64,000 nt of DNA, from IMG/VR virus record IMGVR_UViG_3300010885_026047, positions 1 to 64,000 of that record. One strand, given 5' to 3'. The stretch comes from a virus. Shown here piece after piece: positions 12,001 through 19,900 of the stretch (its first letter is position 1; each line of letters opens with the position of its first letter). A model generated the notes under the pieces. That model ran no database searches and was not told the origin of the DNA. It saw only the letters and a list, made by a program, of their open reading frames with translations. The translations under genes were made by a program, and so were the position numbers.

Positions 12001-13981
12001 TATGGTCGGTGATAAACGTGGAAGTGTACACAAAGGAGCTTTAACACTCTTAAACTATTTGTTTGTTAAAGACGGTGGACAGTACAAGAACGGTTCTTTT
12101 ATCCGGTTTATACCACCACACATGATGAGAGAGTGGTCAGATAGGATGTCTGCAGTAACAAAAGCCTTGTCTAAACCTATGTCTGAAGAACAGTTCAGAG
12201 ACTTGTTTGGTACAGATCAGGCTACTTTTCAAGATAAGTTTGTAGACAGTTGGGCTACACACAAAGACAGTCAGAAGTTTATAGCAAAAAAAGAGAAGTT
12301 AAAAGAGGGAGATGAGCCGGGATACTACAGGACTATAGAGGGGAAACTGTTTAAAAAGCAGATAGAGGACTACATGAGAAAAGGTCCAAAAGAACCTTTA
12401 GTCTTACCAGAACTACCACAGTACAAAGGAGAAAAAGTGGCTGCTTACAAAGAAGTTTTTGTAGACGGAGACAGTAAACAGTGGAGAGGTGCTAAAGCTG
12501 TGTTTGGTGACTATCCAAAGTCTGTAGAAGAGCAAAGAGCTGCTGAGACAAACGCAGTAAGAACCAACGAAAACAACAAGTACAAGACCTCACGAGAAGC
12601 TCTTTGGAACCAGTATCAGATAGCACCGGGTTTTATAGATGGTAACTGGATATATAGCGATAACGGAGAAACAAGAGGTGACCTAGAAGGACTTAACCCT
12701 GATCAGGTTTTACAAGAGATAAGTGGAGAAAAAACAGAGCCAAAAGTTATGACTTCTGAACCTTCTGTTGTATCTTCAAGCTTTATGAGAAACATCACTT
12801 TTAAAGAACATCCTCTTGCTGACTACCCTTCCAGAACACGTATAAATGCCTCATCTGATGCTACTCTTGCACTTGCTACAGACTTTACTACACCTGGAGA
12901 AAAGCTAACTAAAAACAGTGTTACTGCACAAGGGAAAAAGTACATACCGATAGACCTTAACAAAGGTTTAGACATAACTCCTGAGAGAGTAAGCAAGATC
13001 GTACAGATGTTAAACGAATCTGCAGGTTCTGATATGTTTGCTAAAAAGGAGATATCACTTAACATAGCAGGTAATGGTATATATACCCTGAAGAGTAAGT
13101 ACACCCAACAACAGTTAGACGAGTTCACTTACAAACTTCTTAAAGCTGTAACTGAGTCACCAGATCTGAAAGTAACTATAACTAGTGCTAACAGTGGTGG
13201 ACAAACAGGTATGGATGAGGCAGGTGCAAAAGCAACACAACGGTTAGGTATACCTACTACAGTACTTGCTCCAAAAGGGTACATGTTCAGAGATATAAAC
13301 CACAAAGATATCGCAAACGAACAGCAGTTTAAACAGAGGTTTGAGCAAAAACCTACAGAACCTGTAGTATCTTCATCTAATGGTGTAAAAGCATTTATGA
13401 GACTTAGGTTTGGAAACTTACAAGGAGAACAACTAGTAAATGCTATGATTGAGGATAAGAAAGAGATGTTTGAAGATACTATAAAACTCTTTAAGCAGTT
13501 AAATCCCAATTTATCATCAGCAGAATTGAATAAGGGAATAGAAGATATAAAAAAGAATTATAACTTTATCTCTTCACCAGTACCTACGGAAATAGGAGAG
13601 GGAAGTATTGTTAGTATTAAAGGAAAGAAATATAAGGTACAAGCATCACAGGAGAGTTCATCCGATTTAATGAAGAGAGTTGCTGAAGAAAGAAGTGGTA
13701 AAGTTTATGATGAGTTATCTACTGATGAGTTTTACCAAATGATGGGAGATAAAACTGGTAAGGATGGTTTTGATATACAATCAAGTATATTGTCTTTAAC
13801 TCAAGTATATGACTTAGTTCCTTTAAATGAATGGGATCCTGAAACAAATCCAAATGGAGATGAGCCAATATTTACTATAACTAATCATGAACTAATAGAT
13901 ATGATAGACAAACCTGTTGTACCTTCACAAAGCGATATAACAAAAGAAGAGATAGAACAACAACTAAAACACTGTAAGTAA
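65..13981 (+). CDS. Giant virion/ejection polyprotein with crAss-like two-barrel RNA polymerase, zincin metallopeptidase and circularly permuted SLOG domain
   Basis: 4638 aa. FGARTPGTGFQS...TGEDLDIDS (DxDxD at 9881-9895) resembles the DFDID motif of crAss-like RNAPs. HEAFH (5567-5581) plus downstream EEWMAD. N-terminal Gly/Ala hydrophobic segments and a Pro/Glu linker. YPSRTRINASSDAT...LNIAG...SGGQTGMD near the C-terminus. Confidence 0.85.
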   Translation: MADFTLHDLDLPIVSQTAQNGYAPDASNVSAPVDRYSPPAYTEPGEAKDDDLFADIRKAGNTQNKYQQQFFDYDATKAQQFINTPQYKELGFDPNLGYQVEDQRYHELESNWETTKRVGEGFAVGLGEGFAGMVTNLKNVGEWFKDPSLQGSFKQKQLEEINKQQQDFQNRFYIPQGYNPTVLNSVARGVQGSGNFIGALAEVAAFSYLTGGLAGAVGGVAGLGEAVGAAGDLSELSAGLSAPEIMANTENLTSAINNAANPTMWEQVGQFATKAGQKLPLPGAQTAGYIVGDVLQGSEGGAIATVSRGFAAFANDINSVNTATGFASSNAANTYQQLVNDQVEKYKKYHNGIEPDTDTLKSFQDKALKSAKVGGAIDAYFMLGLEKLALGNLLNSRSTLQEAIEKSGKGFYDKIGIKPSWAEGAAEEPLYIRQQAKWYDFKANLTNNYYEGLRHIGATGVEFGVVNNLMEGVDKGIRSYFDAKYDNKDIDFTDALLDGIGQQFSKEGAGTFISGFLQGALLLGIGGAALGKVKNWGLDKAAGRTEADIKTSDIDAQNYVQQVNDAWKDPLNPIKGTIHDMILQSALGEGSKTALGQDDRKTFHDFADDNQRSFLMKLIKNGMADAWVDRAVEKARSLSQDELCQFMTVPSTPENFEAIKAQINELPARVKDLRNIRKYIDTKLQNPFNPWAKDPETGKRKFADGSVEFTTEYNNRAIYEIAKDYVATMKDVAQMAIVRQGALLNGKTGTTGILDMPFAKNLGFADVFTLTSTELLDKQIAGYQESVAISKDKETQERLEKTIAYKEKLTEYLKGYADILNEGSSKDRAQRIKALDDKHKGELAEAMYYYLETMLINRNLKGKVTDRVTPPGMQEVIDGMDKMLDYYKLGVDHHAMLHQVNILLDPHIVRKFEKSFMTEGAKRQAEAKAEQEAHTKDVKPEEPIVTPEPETKPGPESTKEPEVPPTPEPQPTPTPKPEPVIPEVPQPVTTSPAIERYKQQERDLKTLIDNLEDGVPVPNVDAFDAMIKSGDAQRLMAADKLAIQHKVPLQERKKELLDIVQEFYDRKLPEDKHEVKNIEGDPKIVADGNKFAIWKNGDFVDSTRYGSVREANREFDKYIAANHPLIPGTDIRVGEKVYNENSNEVKLVQRDDKLYVRPWNEKTKNKDIEIIPEELSEYSKDKPAAQDKPVESRFDGTQPKVQFKQSTATSIESFKQPGEFSAEGRVIADQRFADTVKTIPQQHLSTGEGFSIQVVPNDKFTESYRSALSPQLVQKADKGFWILHYNGQPVGVIENSGKNLYKTKDGKELTIDQLTLQDIAAIYDIPTTGDYTTSQKVYDKLLENHLNSLALSDLLKGKDSVELDGKISVDTNYSYNWIDTGEVGPKLAELEGLQRNERGEVKMYVWNNYKSPEEAGWEIQNTMSPEEAQQALKVKPAGNPNYYSAVVKLESGDYIPVQLTPRQISTEELSNICTAISGIDTDEKLKAANGQLNKVFVALPKTDELSGLKIYINSVGVGDDNHLFVTVHRKLPGKDVPTEELGTGNIYGAKGELLKLSPDELIDRLNKVLQSDKIKADIPTLTVDNLKFQPDEKNIAEMEASVRKNPIKSVQASYKVIDTKGEQRVYENKPPVPSAPVGPKTPVTDIEAKRGDIERRRQEELISAFGSSFSRNEEVIRSGKKAVISRNPELVALSSDPLVSDRRAQDVIDVYNTINQKYDTELKALEQQPEIKPISSLEQLADELDQEEKAINSKYGVPKTLDKGFAVEHVADIDKFNEFVNENLPEFLQVGELSGVVDNLLNNRVTVGQFVTYLDELGNVQGRIETGKDLPYKYHEAFHGIFRLLLTPEQQKRLYQEANKQNLVSAKQLAEFQKSHPRYADMGKEQLKEEYQEEWMADQFDNLSNKRETQAKGGVKGLLNRIWDWIKYMWDKLTGNRLRALFHEVHTGDYKSAKLQENSFTDKESVGVSLPVPKAIKVGTGETEIELSNGDKKAVKIDRYLPNDIATQLSNDITANVLLEMQSQTYPSFDKAIKAVIQRYSDTYSLKHPANIQTFEGITNQGEKREWAKQLKDYSTAVNSKELRENVEQGLRIQGIKQQLLDEDDTDETTGEQFGKAKSSIGGYGAQDKELRTYIASTTRKLTEPDSFGLTQHADGSPITQSVNSDYVYNGLLKLLSQESDVSKNVQKLLDYRDQGNNPDTVAVITRWLRETGFNEGLFKSTGQLQVTPGGENLFNKLVKNLSEVNNQYTTVIMDPIDNKVSVVDAGRRGPESYQFNQAANGFYQNLYKQIETSTNKGDNKKAISEAISPFKELIKTTKSISAKHTLIEDQPLAELSLRLSNELSDKPGIYIHPNYIQFSIVSAKEPKARTENQSGQLLVYPQVKPMDMTGLERDLLPVIEAGKNPFIRPEGLDKPTAAEVWLLNTFKGNAPFDSTVDSMSHTNSNGDSVYNYQYGSYNSTEIQKLNDSAYLKQLRNNPDRNTWLLDNPEFTSMTKQFVSIGGLDLKEMFVDKKEGEEPELNVQGKDINKTGTDFGDFGPREDNAYKLSLYDVSNNSAAYNQDKNGVVWYSIPVSLGPLAEKGTHHMVYLPVTRCIENGKLTDKVKDVLYQELQTECDRIQRVKAEIDKGRKQVIDEGGKWITDYHDGKEKGLKLLSLNGLMSEELRTKIEAEPDKLEEHKTEFLNGAQKELFKQVEEYKQQLTDQELIGKDGKNKLLPKYLFKGLDEKKNSALNLKAGQFDHNLSQVYINNYISYLGISRLLYGDKAKVSKDVQDWWKRMAGNNGQGMSMNPIVSTVDKPAVSSYQLITYPVTEFTTIHGTKGESDDGQANVTPYGYKTLLEGTGRLSELHNDLIETVIRGKDLTLKQFKAMHENDAVMNSIKDIYKDTDIYLKNSVGMLNRQDTSYKVNGEWVALPGREVLHERLNSAEEQEKEKQQPVFIGNTSISKAAKVNVPTTEEIEQGDVAKTYTQIQGEFMRWQTQTPMTGSTGNKSTQPDKQILSNQDANKSVYFDGKHVKAGEVIKTYMDSNRQRVLNNLLTAISEVFEPITDLKDLDKIEFDQAKFQDKVLPTLMATGVDAQTLELFQEHYDINLPPLVEKATSMWLSGMIKGVSKEKVPMWKMTLRSDAGMSVMRRVKTLTEDGQPKTWDIVPMDEFKKNPTSYKKLSGDDKFYGLAESDLVADRLRDNVPQYDDNGKVLYWYSEAMRPFMTVDEKKNGKFSDALGYGFGARTPGTGFQSYKRVHWVDRLSDVLGNTMVQSRDVMTATGEDLDIDSKFVAIPETYFVDNSDPKELQEFKTIGDKRQEIKAAIRKISSDFERTEHYDPAISRQVKELRKQIAHLTERYDAGAIEKSQYEHDKHDLEIDIASLGTPEGKAARHAVIRQQNELKQELKELDKRYDELKDSLDRSKKRVQYGAAISDKDKFEEYLLYKSQSNSVKDKVKELEGTEEGYISLILSSERSILISALKELKLPSTLEEFTKAGGDKLNNGVLTNRSLHAQLALLSGEHVSGGGKDALINRATSTQPVEDIIKDLTDKLLEGETSKWGRDIADQLQGKTGDLNSMLGQNKAYETLKQGGEGIGGVANMIQATAVLNQFNKKLSVPFTFGGVQYDEYKGAKGEPEVTRDRNADIMAQIHVDAPKNSIPSKLKLTREYAMVLTHMLKLGLPLDSALLYPLTEVWDRYAKKVAYGQKPFKLGYGVNADKELSKMLSSLSDEGAKRVELNNEKLTEYIKSGKSDRDIDYTLLDDLRTMKQITEPLRYMSRFMRMDTGRLLSDWTAIDHVQEGLKELGIGLTDEEFHKTQKPLDVRDVIEKRHGNMSANYEVFKVIQELGKKVFIERSPVFRDIQKATLAEVKLPESDKIARSQLNHDIRSYISLTAYKTWLDQKGRTEVTDTMNQNLLWDNSDSSKSIIKVLTDLRELTSTDKVKNYALNSFLNTVLKAKRTEINTVIANTWTRLSDQQQAKVVGSINDMVGDKRGSVHKGALTLLNYLFVKDGGQYKNGSFIRFIPPHMMREWSDRMSAVTKALSKPMSEEQFRDLFGTDQATFQDKFVDSWATHKDSQKFIAKKEKLKEGDEPGYYRTIEGKLFKKQIEDYMRKGPKEPLVLPELPQYKGEKVAAYKEVFVDGDSKQWRGAKAVFGDYPKSVEEQRAAETNAVRTNENNKYKTSREALWNQYQIAPGFIDGNWIYSDNGETRGDLEGLNPDQVLQEISGEKTEPKVMTSEPSVVSSSFMRNITFKEHPLADYPSRTRINASSDATLALATDFTTPGEKLTKNSVTAQGKKYIPIDLNKGLDITPERVSKIVQMLNESAGSDMFAKKEISLNIAGNGIYTLKSKYTQQQLDEFTYKLLKAVTESPDLKVTITSANSGGQTGMDEAGAKATQRLGIPTTVLAPKGYMFRDINHKDIANEQQFKQRFEQKPTEPVVSSSNGVKAFMRLRFGNLQGEQLVNAMIEDKKEMFEDTIKLFKQLNPNLSSAELNKGIEDIKKNYNFISSPVPTEIGEGSIVSIKGKKYKVQASQESSSDLMKRVAEERSGKVYDELSTDEFYQMMGDKTGKDGFDIQSSILSLTQVYDLVPLNEWDPETNPNGDEPIFTITNHELIDMIDKPVVPSQSDITKEEIEQQLKHCK

Positions 13982-16900
13982 TGATAGATAGGTGTCCACA
14001 TGGTCCTGACTGGGAGAAACTGAAAAACCGTATAGGTAAGACTGAAGCTATGGGTGTCTGGTTAGAACACGAAAAAGCCGGTACTAAGTATGATCCTATG
14101 TCTTATCCAAGACCTCGTTTCCCTGGAGACTTTGAACATGTCTGGACAGAACAGATAGACGGTATATCTGACTATCAGAAGCTATCAGCACGTAAAAAAG
14201 AACTGGAAGCAGAAGGAGCAAGAGTATCTATACAAGGTAACGGTCTACGTGTATCTATGAGTCCTGTAGAACAAAGACAAGAAAGGTACTACCAGAAAGT
14301 TGCAAAACCTGTTAACTTAGAAGAGCGACTTACAGAGTTTACAAACGGTCTTGGGTTTGAGAGTAAGCACTTAGATAACCTTAAAGACCTTATCGGTTCT
14401 GATGCCATAAGTGCCGTAGATCTGATGAACAAGGTTATCTTATACGGAAAGCACAGTAACTTACATCATGTAGCTAAAGAGACTGCTTATGTAGCTTACT
14501 CCATGTTAGGGCGTAAGAACAAGATAGTTACTGACCTGAAGAGAAACATAGAGTCTATACCTGACTACGATAAGATATATCAGCAGTACAAAGACAAAAG
14601 TCCAAACCTTCCTGATGGAAAGATAAAGGAGCTTATAACTATAGACTTCTTAGCTGATAGTATCAGAAACAACTGGGAAGCTCCTAAAGATAGTTATACA
14701 AACAGAAAGAGTGAGTTCTGGAGCAAAGCTGACTTTCCACCTGCTACTAAAAAGACTATAGGCAGTATACTTAGACAGATATGGGAGAGCCTGAAGAGTC
14801 TCTTTGTAAAGTCTGATAAGAACAGAGTACATGTAGGTGAGTTAGCTGATGATCTTGCTAACGACATCTTATCCAAAAACTATCAGAAGTTCCAGACAGA
14901 ACTTGCTCCTGATCAACAGAGAGTTAACTATGAAGAGACTATAGCTAAAGACCCTGTAGCTAAGAAGATAGTAGAGAGGTTTCATGATATGGGACTTACA
15001 CTAACTGGTAGTTTATCCGTTAGAAAACAAGGTACTTTATACAGAACACCTGACGAGAACTTACATGACTTAGACTTTACTGTTCAAAACCATCTTGTTA
15101 ACAAGGAACTACAGGAAGACATCAGAAAAGCAAAGTATCTTGCCTATGACTACGGGCAAAACTTGGTATCTAAAGTTTTCCATAAACAGATAATAGAAAA
15201 CATAGATAACTACTCATTTTTCAAGAACATCAAAAAGAACTTCCCGGAGTTTGAGATAACTAAGAGTTTTGTAGATAAAGATAACCGTATCTGTATAGCT
15301 GGAAAGATAGGAGAACATGGGATAGACCTCTTTATAAAACCAAAGGAACATGACCGGTTAGACAAAGACGAACAAGGTTACCAGGACTGGAAACAAGTCT
15401 TTTTAGAGAAGTTGAGACTAGGTAGAGCTAAAGATATGTTAGACTTTGTACACTATAAACCTTTTAACATAGACGAGAACGGAAAGTTTGCACAGATACC
15501 AAGTTTCAGACACTTTACGTTTGAGAAAGAAAGTCCTGTTAAACAAGCCCCTATCTCTTTTCAGAAAACCTCAACAAAAGAAAAACCTATACCAGAACTC
15601 GACAAAGTAGTAGAGAAGTTCCTATCCAAAGCAAACGTAGACGTACAAAGACTTAAAGACGAAGGTCAGGACTTTGCAGCTATGTATGAACCGTTTAAAA
15701 AGACTGTCTCTGTAGTAGACGGTAAAGCAGATATAACTACACTGGGAGAAGAAGCTACTCACGTTTATGTCAGGATGTTGGACAAAGACAGTAAGCTCTA
15801 CAGAGACATCATAAAAGACGTAAGAAACAGAGATGAGTTTGACGAAGTGTATGAACAGTACAAAGATGATCCGCAGTATCAGAAAGACGGAGAACCTGAC
15901 GAAGAGAAGATAGCTGAAGAAGCTGCTGGAAAGATAGCTGCAAAGGTTATAGCTGGTAAGTTTAAAGACCAGAAAGCTATGAAGTGGTGGGAAAGGTTGT
16001 GGAACTACATCAAGTCTCTGTTTAAAGACAAGAAGTGGGAAGATACTATAGCTGAAGATATACTGGGAGCTAAAACTACACGACTATCTAAAGAGAAGAT
16101 ACGTAAGATGGAGGAAGCTGCTGAACGAGGTGAGATATACTACCAGAAACTCGATCATGTATCTGATGACGCTAAAAAGTATATAGAAGACCTGCTATCC
16201 AGTAAACACACTTCAGATGTACAAAAAGCTCTTGTAAAAGCCTTCTATCTGAAAGACGAAGGTTATGAGAAAGTGGCAGAACATCTTGGTGTAAAGCCAC
16301 ATATACCAGCTATGTTGATCAAAAAAGAGAACGGTTTACCTGTTCACAAACACATGGATGTACAAGGGAGAGAGTATCCAGGTATAACAACTTTGATAAA
16401 GGGGAAACTGTCAGAAACTCAACAAGCAGACTTACAGTGGATAGCTGATATAGGTACAGATGTACATAGTATCTTAGAAGGGCTTGCTATAGATAAGAAA
16501 GTAGAAGAGATAGAAACATCTCATATACCCGATGATATAAAACGAACTGCTTATAAGATACTTGGTGCTTTTATAGAAGACTACAAAGCTAAAGGTTATA
16601 TAGCACTACCTGAAGTAGAAGCTATAGATCCTGTTAGTGGGGTAGCTACAGCTATAGACCTGTTACTCTTATCTCGTGATGGTACTGATAACAAGATAGT
16701 AGATCTAAAAAACTCTCTAACTGCAGCTCTGATAAAAGATGCAAAGACTGGAAAAGACCGAAAAAGTGATAAGTATCTCAGTTCATGGGAAATGGAGGAA
16801 GGTTCTGTCTTTAAAGCTGCAGGTATAGAGCTATCTAAAGACCTGCAACATGCTATCCAGTTAGGTTGCTGTGGGAAACTGATGGAGCTACAAGGAGTTC

Positions 16901-19900
16901 CTGTAACAGGGTTATATATCCTGCACATGCTTCTTAAAACAGAGAAAGGGATCAGTGGTATAACTGGTATACAAAAGGAAGGAGTTTCTTACTACTCTCC
17001 TACAGATAACGAGCCTTATGTCAACTTAGTTATACCTACAGAGATAGACGAGCAGAACCCTTCCCAGTTACAGATGAACCGTCCAGGTTATGACTACAGT
17101 GATATAGACCCACAAAACCCTTCAAACGAACCAAAAAGTGATGAGCAGGTAGAAAAAGAAGCAGAAGGTGCTGAACAACTTGATACGCTTAAACCTGTAG
17201 TAGATAAAGCTATAGACTTGTTAAACCAAAGACAAGTTTGGTTACAGGACTTGAACCGTTCTAAACCTGGTGCAGAGATAAAAAACAAGACGATAGACAC
17301 ACTTACACAGTTCAGAAGATCACTAATAACCAGCAGAGACGCCGGTGACTATAACTCTGCTATGAAGGACTTCATGGAGTATACCCGTAAACAGGTAGAA
17401 ACTACCATGGACTTTATCAGAGATACCAACAACTACACACTGAAAGAAGAGCGATATCCACAGATACTTATACAAGCAAGTAAGTTCTTAGATGGTTATC
17501 AAGGAGTTTATAAACTGGTAGACAGGGAAACAGGAGCTAAACATAAAGAGTATGCACAAGTAGTAGGTTCTCTGAACGAACTGCAGGAAGCTATAAGAGA
17601 GGGTTTACAAGGGTACTTTGCCACACAGTTCCGTAAAAACTTTCCACCAGAAGTTATACCTGATAGTACTATAACTGAGTGGATATATGGTATGTCACCA
17701 GATATAACACAAGCTACTTACAACTTAGAAGCTCCTCACGGAACTAGGGACTTAGGTATAAGTGCTATGGATAAAGAACTGAGAGATGCCCTGTTCTTTG
17801 GTAACCAGATATCTGTAGAGACTGTCAAGAAAGTTCAGGACATGCAGCAGAAGCTTTTTACTGCTCTTGGAACTAAGAAGTACCAGAAAGGTATGTATGA
17901 CTTTATGACCAACAAAGATGGTACACTTACACAGAGAGTCGGTAAGCAGTACTGGGATATGGTTAAAAGTGCTAGAGACCTTATACTGGACGATAACGGT
18001 AACGAACTGGAAGAGAAAGAAGGGAACTCTCCGGAAGTTATAGCTTACAACAAAGACTTACACAACAAAAAAGAAGCTTACAGAAACCTTACAAGAGCTG
18101 AAGTTTACGACAAAGTATCACAAGACTATGTAGAAGGACAGTACCAGAGGTATACACAGGAGTTCAAAGATGCCCGTAGCCAACATGAGTACCAGAACAA
18201 GTACGGTATCTGGGAACCAAGACATCCTGAAAGTGCAGCTTATAGAGAGTACAGAGAGAAACACTATATAGTTATACCTGATGTTTACGAAAAGATATAC
18301 GACAAGAAAGGAGAGTTTACTGGAGTAGTAGGAGACAGAACAAACATCTGGGTAGTAAACCCTCACTTTAAAGAAGTTAAAGATAAACGAACTGACGGTT
18401 TAGAACTAAGAGATGAGAAGTATCTGAAGATGTTAAACGATCAGTCTTCAGTAGGTAAAGCAAGAAAAGAGTTCTATGATAGTTGGATGAAGTTAGCAGA
18501 TAGTTACTATGGTGAACTTCCGTTATCTGTTATAAAGAACATGAAGGGAAAGATGCCTGTTAAAGAGGCTACATGGCTGGAACAGTGTAAACAGGCTGAA
18601 GGTCTAAATGGTTTACTTGGAGTTATCGGGAAGTCAGTTAAAGACCAGTTTACTTACGGTACTTACTATGGAGAGAGGATGGTAGATGAAGCTGGAAACT
18701 TTAAGCAGTCTATACCTGTAGGATATACAGGGGACTTCAGAGATCAGGAGAGGATACAAGACTTGAACAAACAGATAGCTGACCTGGAGAGCAGAAAGAC
18801 CACTGGAGAGTTTAAACAGAAACATCAACAAGACTACTACAGACAACAGAGAGATATACTCAAAGCAAGTCTCCAGGCAGAGATGAGAAAGATCACTCCT
18901 GACAAAGTAGAACAGGATATAGCTAAGGGTCTGATGGACTTTATACCTCAAGCAGAGAAGTATATCCAAAAAGACAGGATAGAAGATAAAGTACTGGCAC
19001 TTAGAGCACTTATACAGCTAAAGACAGAGACTGGAGGATACTTTGAGAGAGATACTCTGAACAGGACTATTTACAAAAAAGGTACCACTGAACCACTGGC
19101 TCTACAGGAGACTTATGCAGAAAAGATGGCTAAACATATATGTGAGGTTATCATGTACAACTCCGGTGAGAGAGACAACTCTTTCATGAAGATGATGGCT
19201 GAGAACATGGCTAGATACACAGGTATACTTGCTTTTGCAGGTCAACCTCTAACCTCTTTGTCTGTAGGTTCCATGGGTATGTTCAACATAGCAAGATCTG
19301 CTGTAGGTGGACAACACTTTGGTATGAGGTCTTTAGCAAGTGCTTTAGGAGAGTACTGGAAAGAGATGGTTCCTGCATGGACAAAAGGTAAACTATCTGG
19401 TAACAAGACACCTTATCACTCTAAAGGGGAAGCTCTTGTAGCTTTATACCAAGTACCAGTTAAGATGTTTGCTCCAGACAAAGGCTTCTGGCACTTAGCT
19501 ACTATGAACGAACATGCTACAGAGTACTTCATACAAGCAGTTCCGGCAATAGCTACTATGAAGTCTAAGAACATAAAAGGGGCAGATAGTTCTACCAAGA
19601 AGTTGTGGGATTGCTGGAACTTTGATAAGACTACAGGTAAACTGACTCCTGTGAAGGGTTTTGAACATGTTGCTGGAGACAAAGAGATGACTAAGTGGTT
19701 TGGCTATCTGCAGGATGTAAACAACATGGAACACGGGCCTTTTGCGGCTATGGAACAGAACGTTGTGTCTAAACACTGGTTGGGTAAACTTGGCATGATG
19801 TTCCACAAGGTTATCTGGCCTGGTTTCAAGAGTAGGTTTGCTAACAGTTACACACACCAGAACTTTGGAGAAATAGAAGGGTCTTACCGGACAACTTTGA

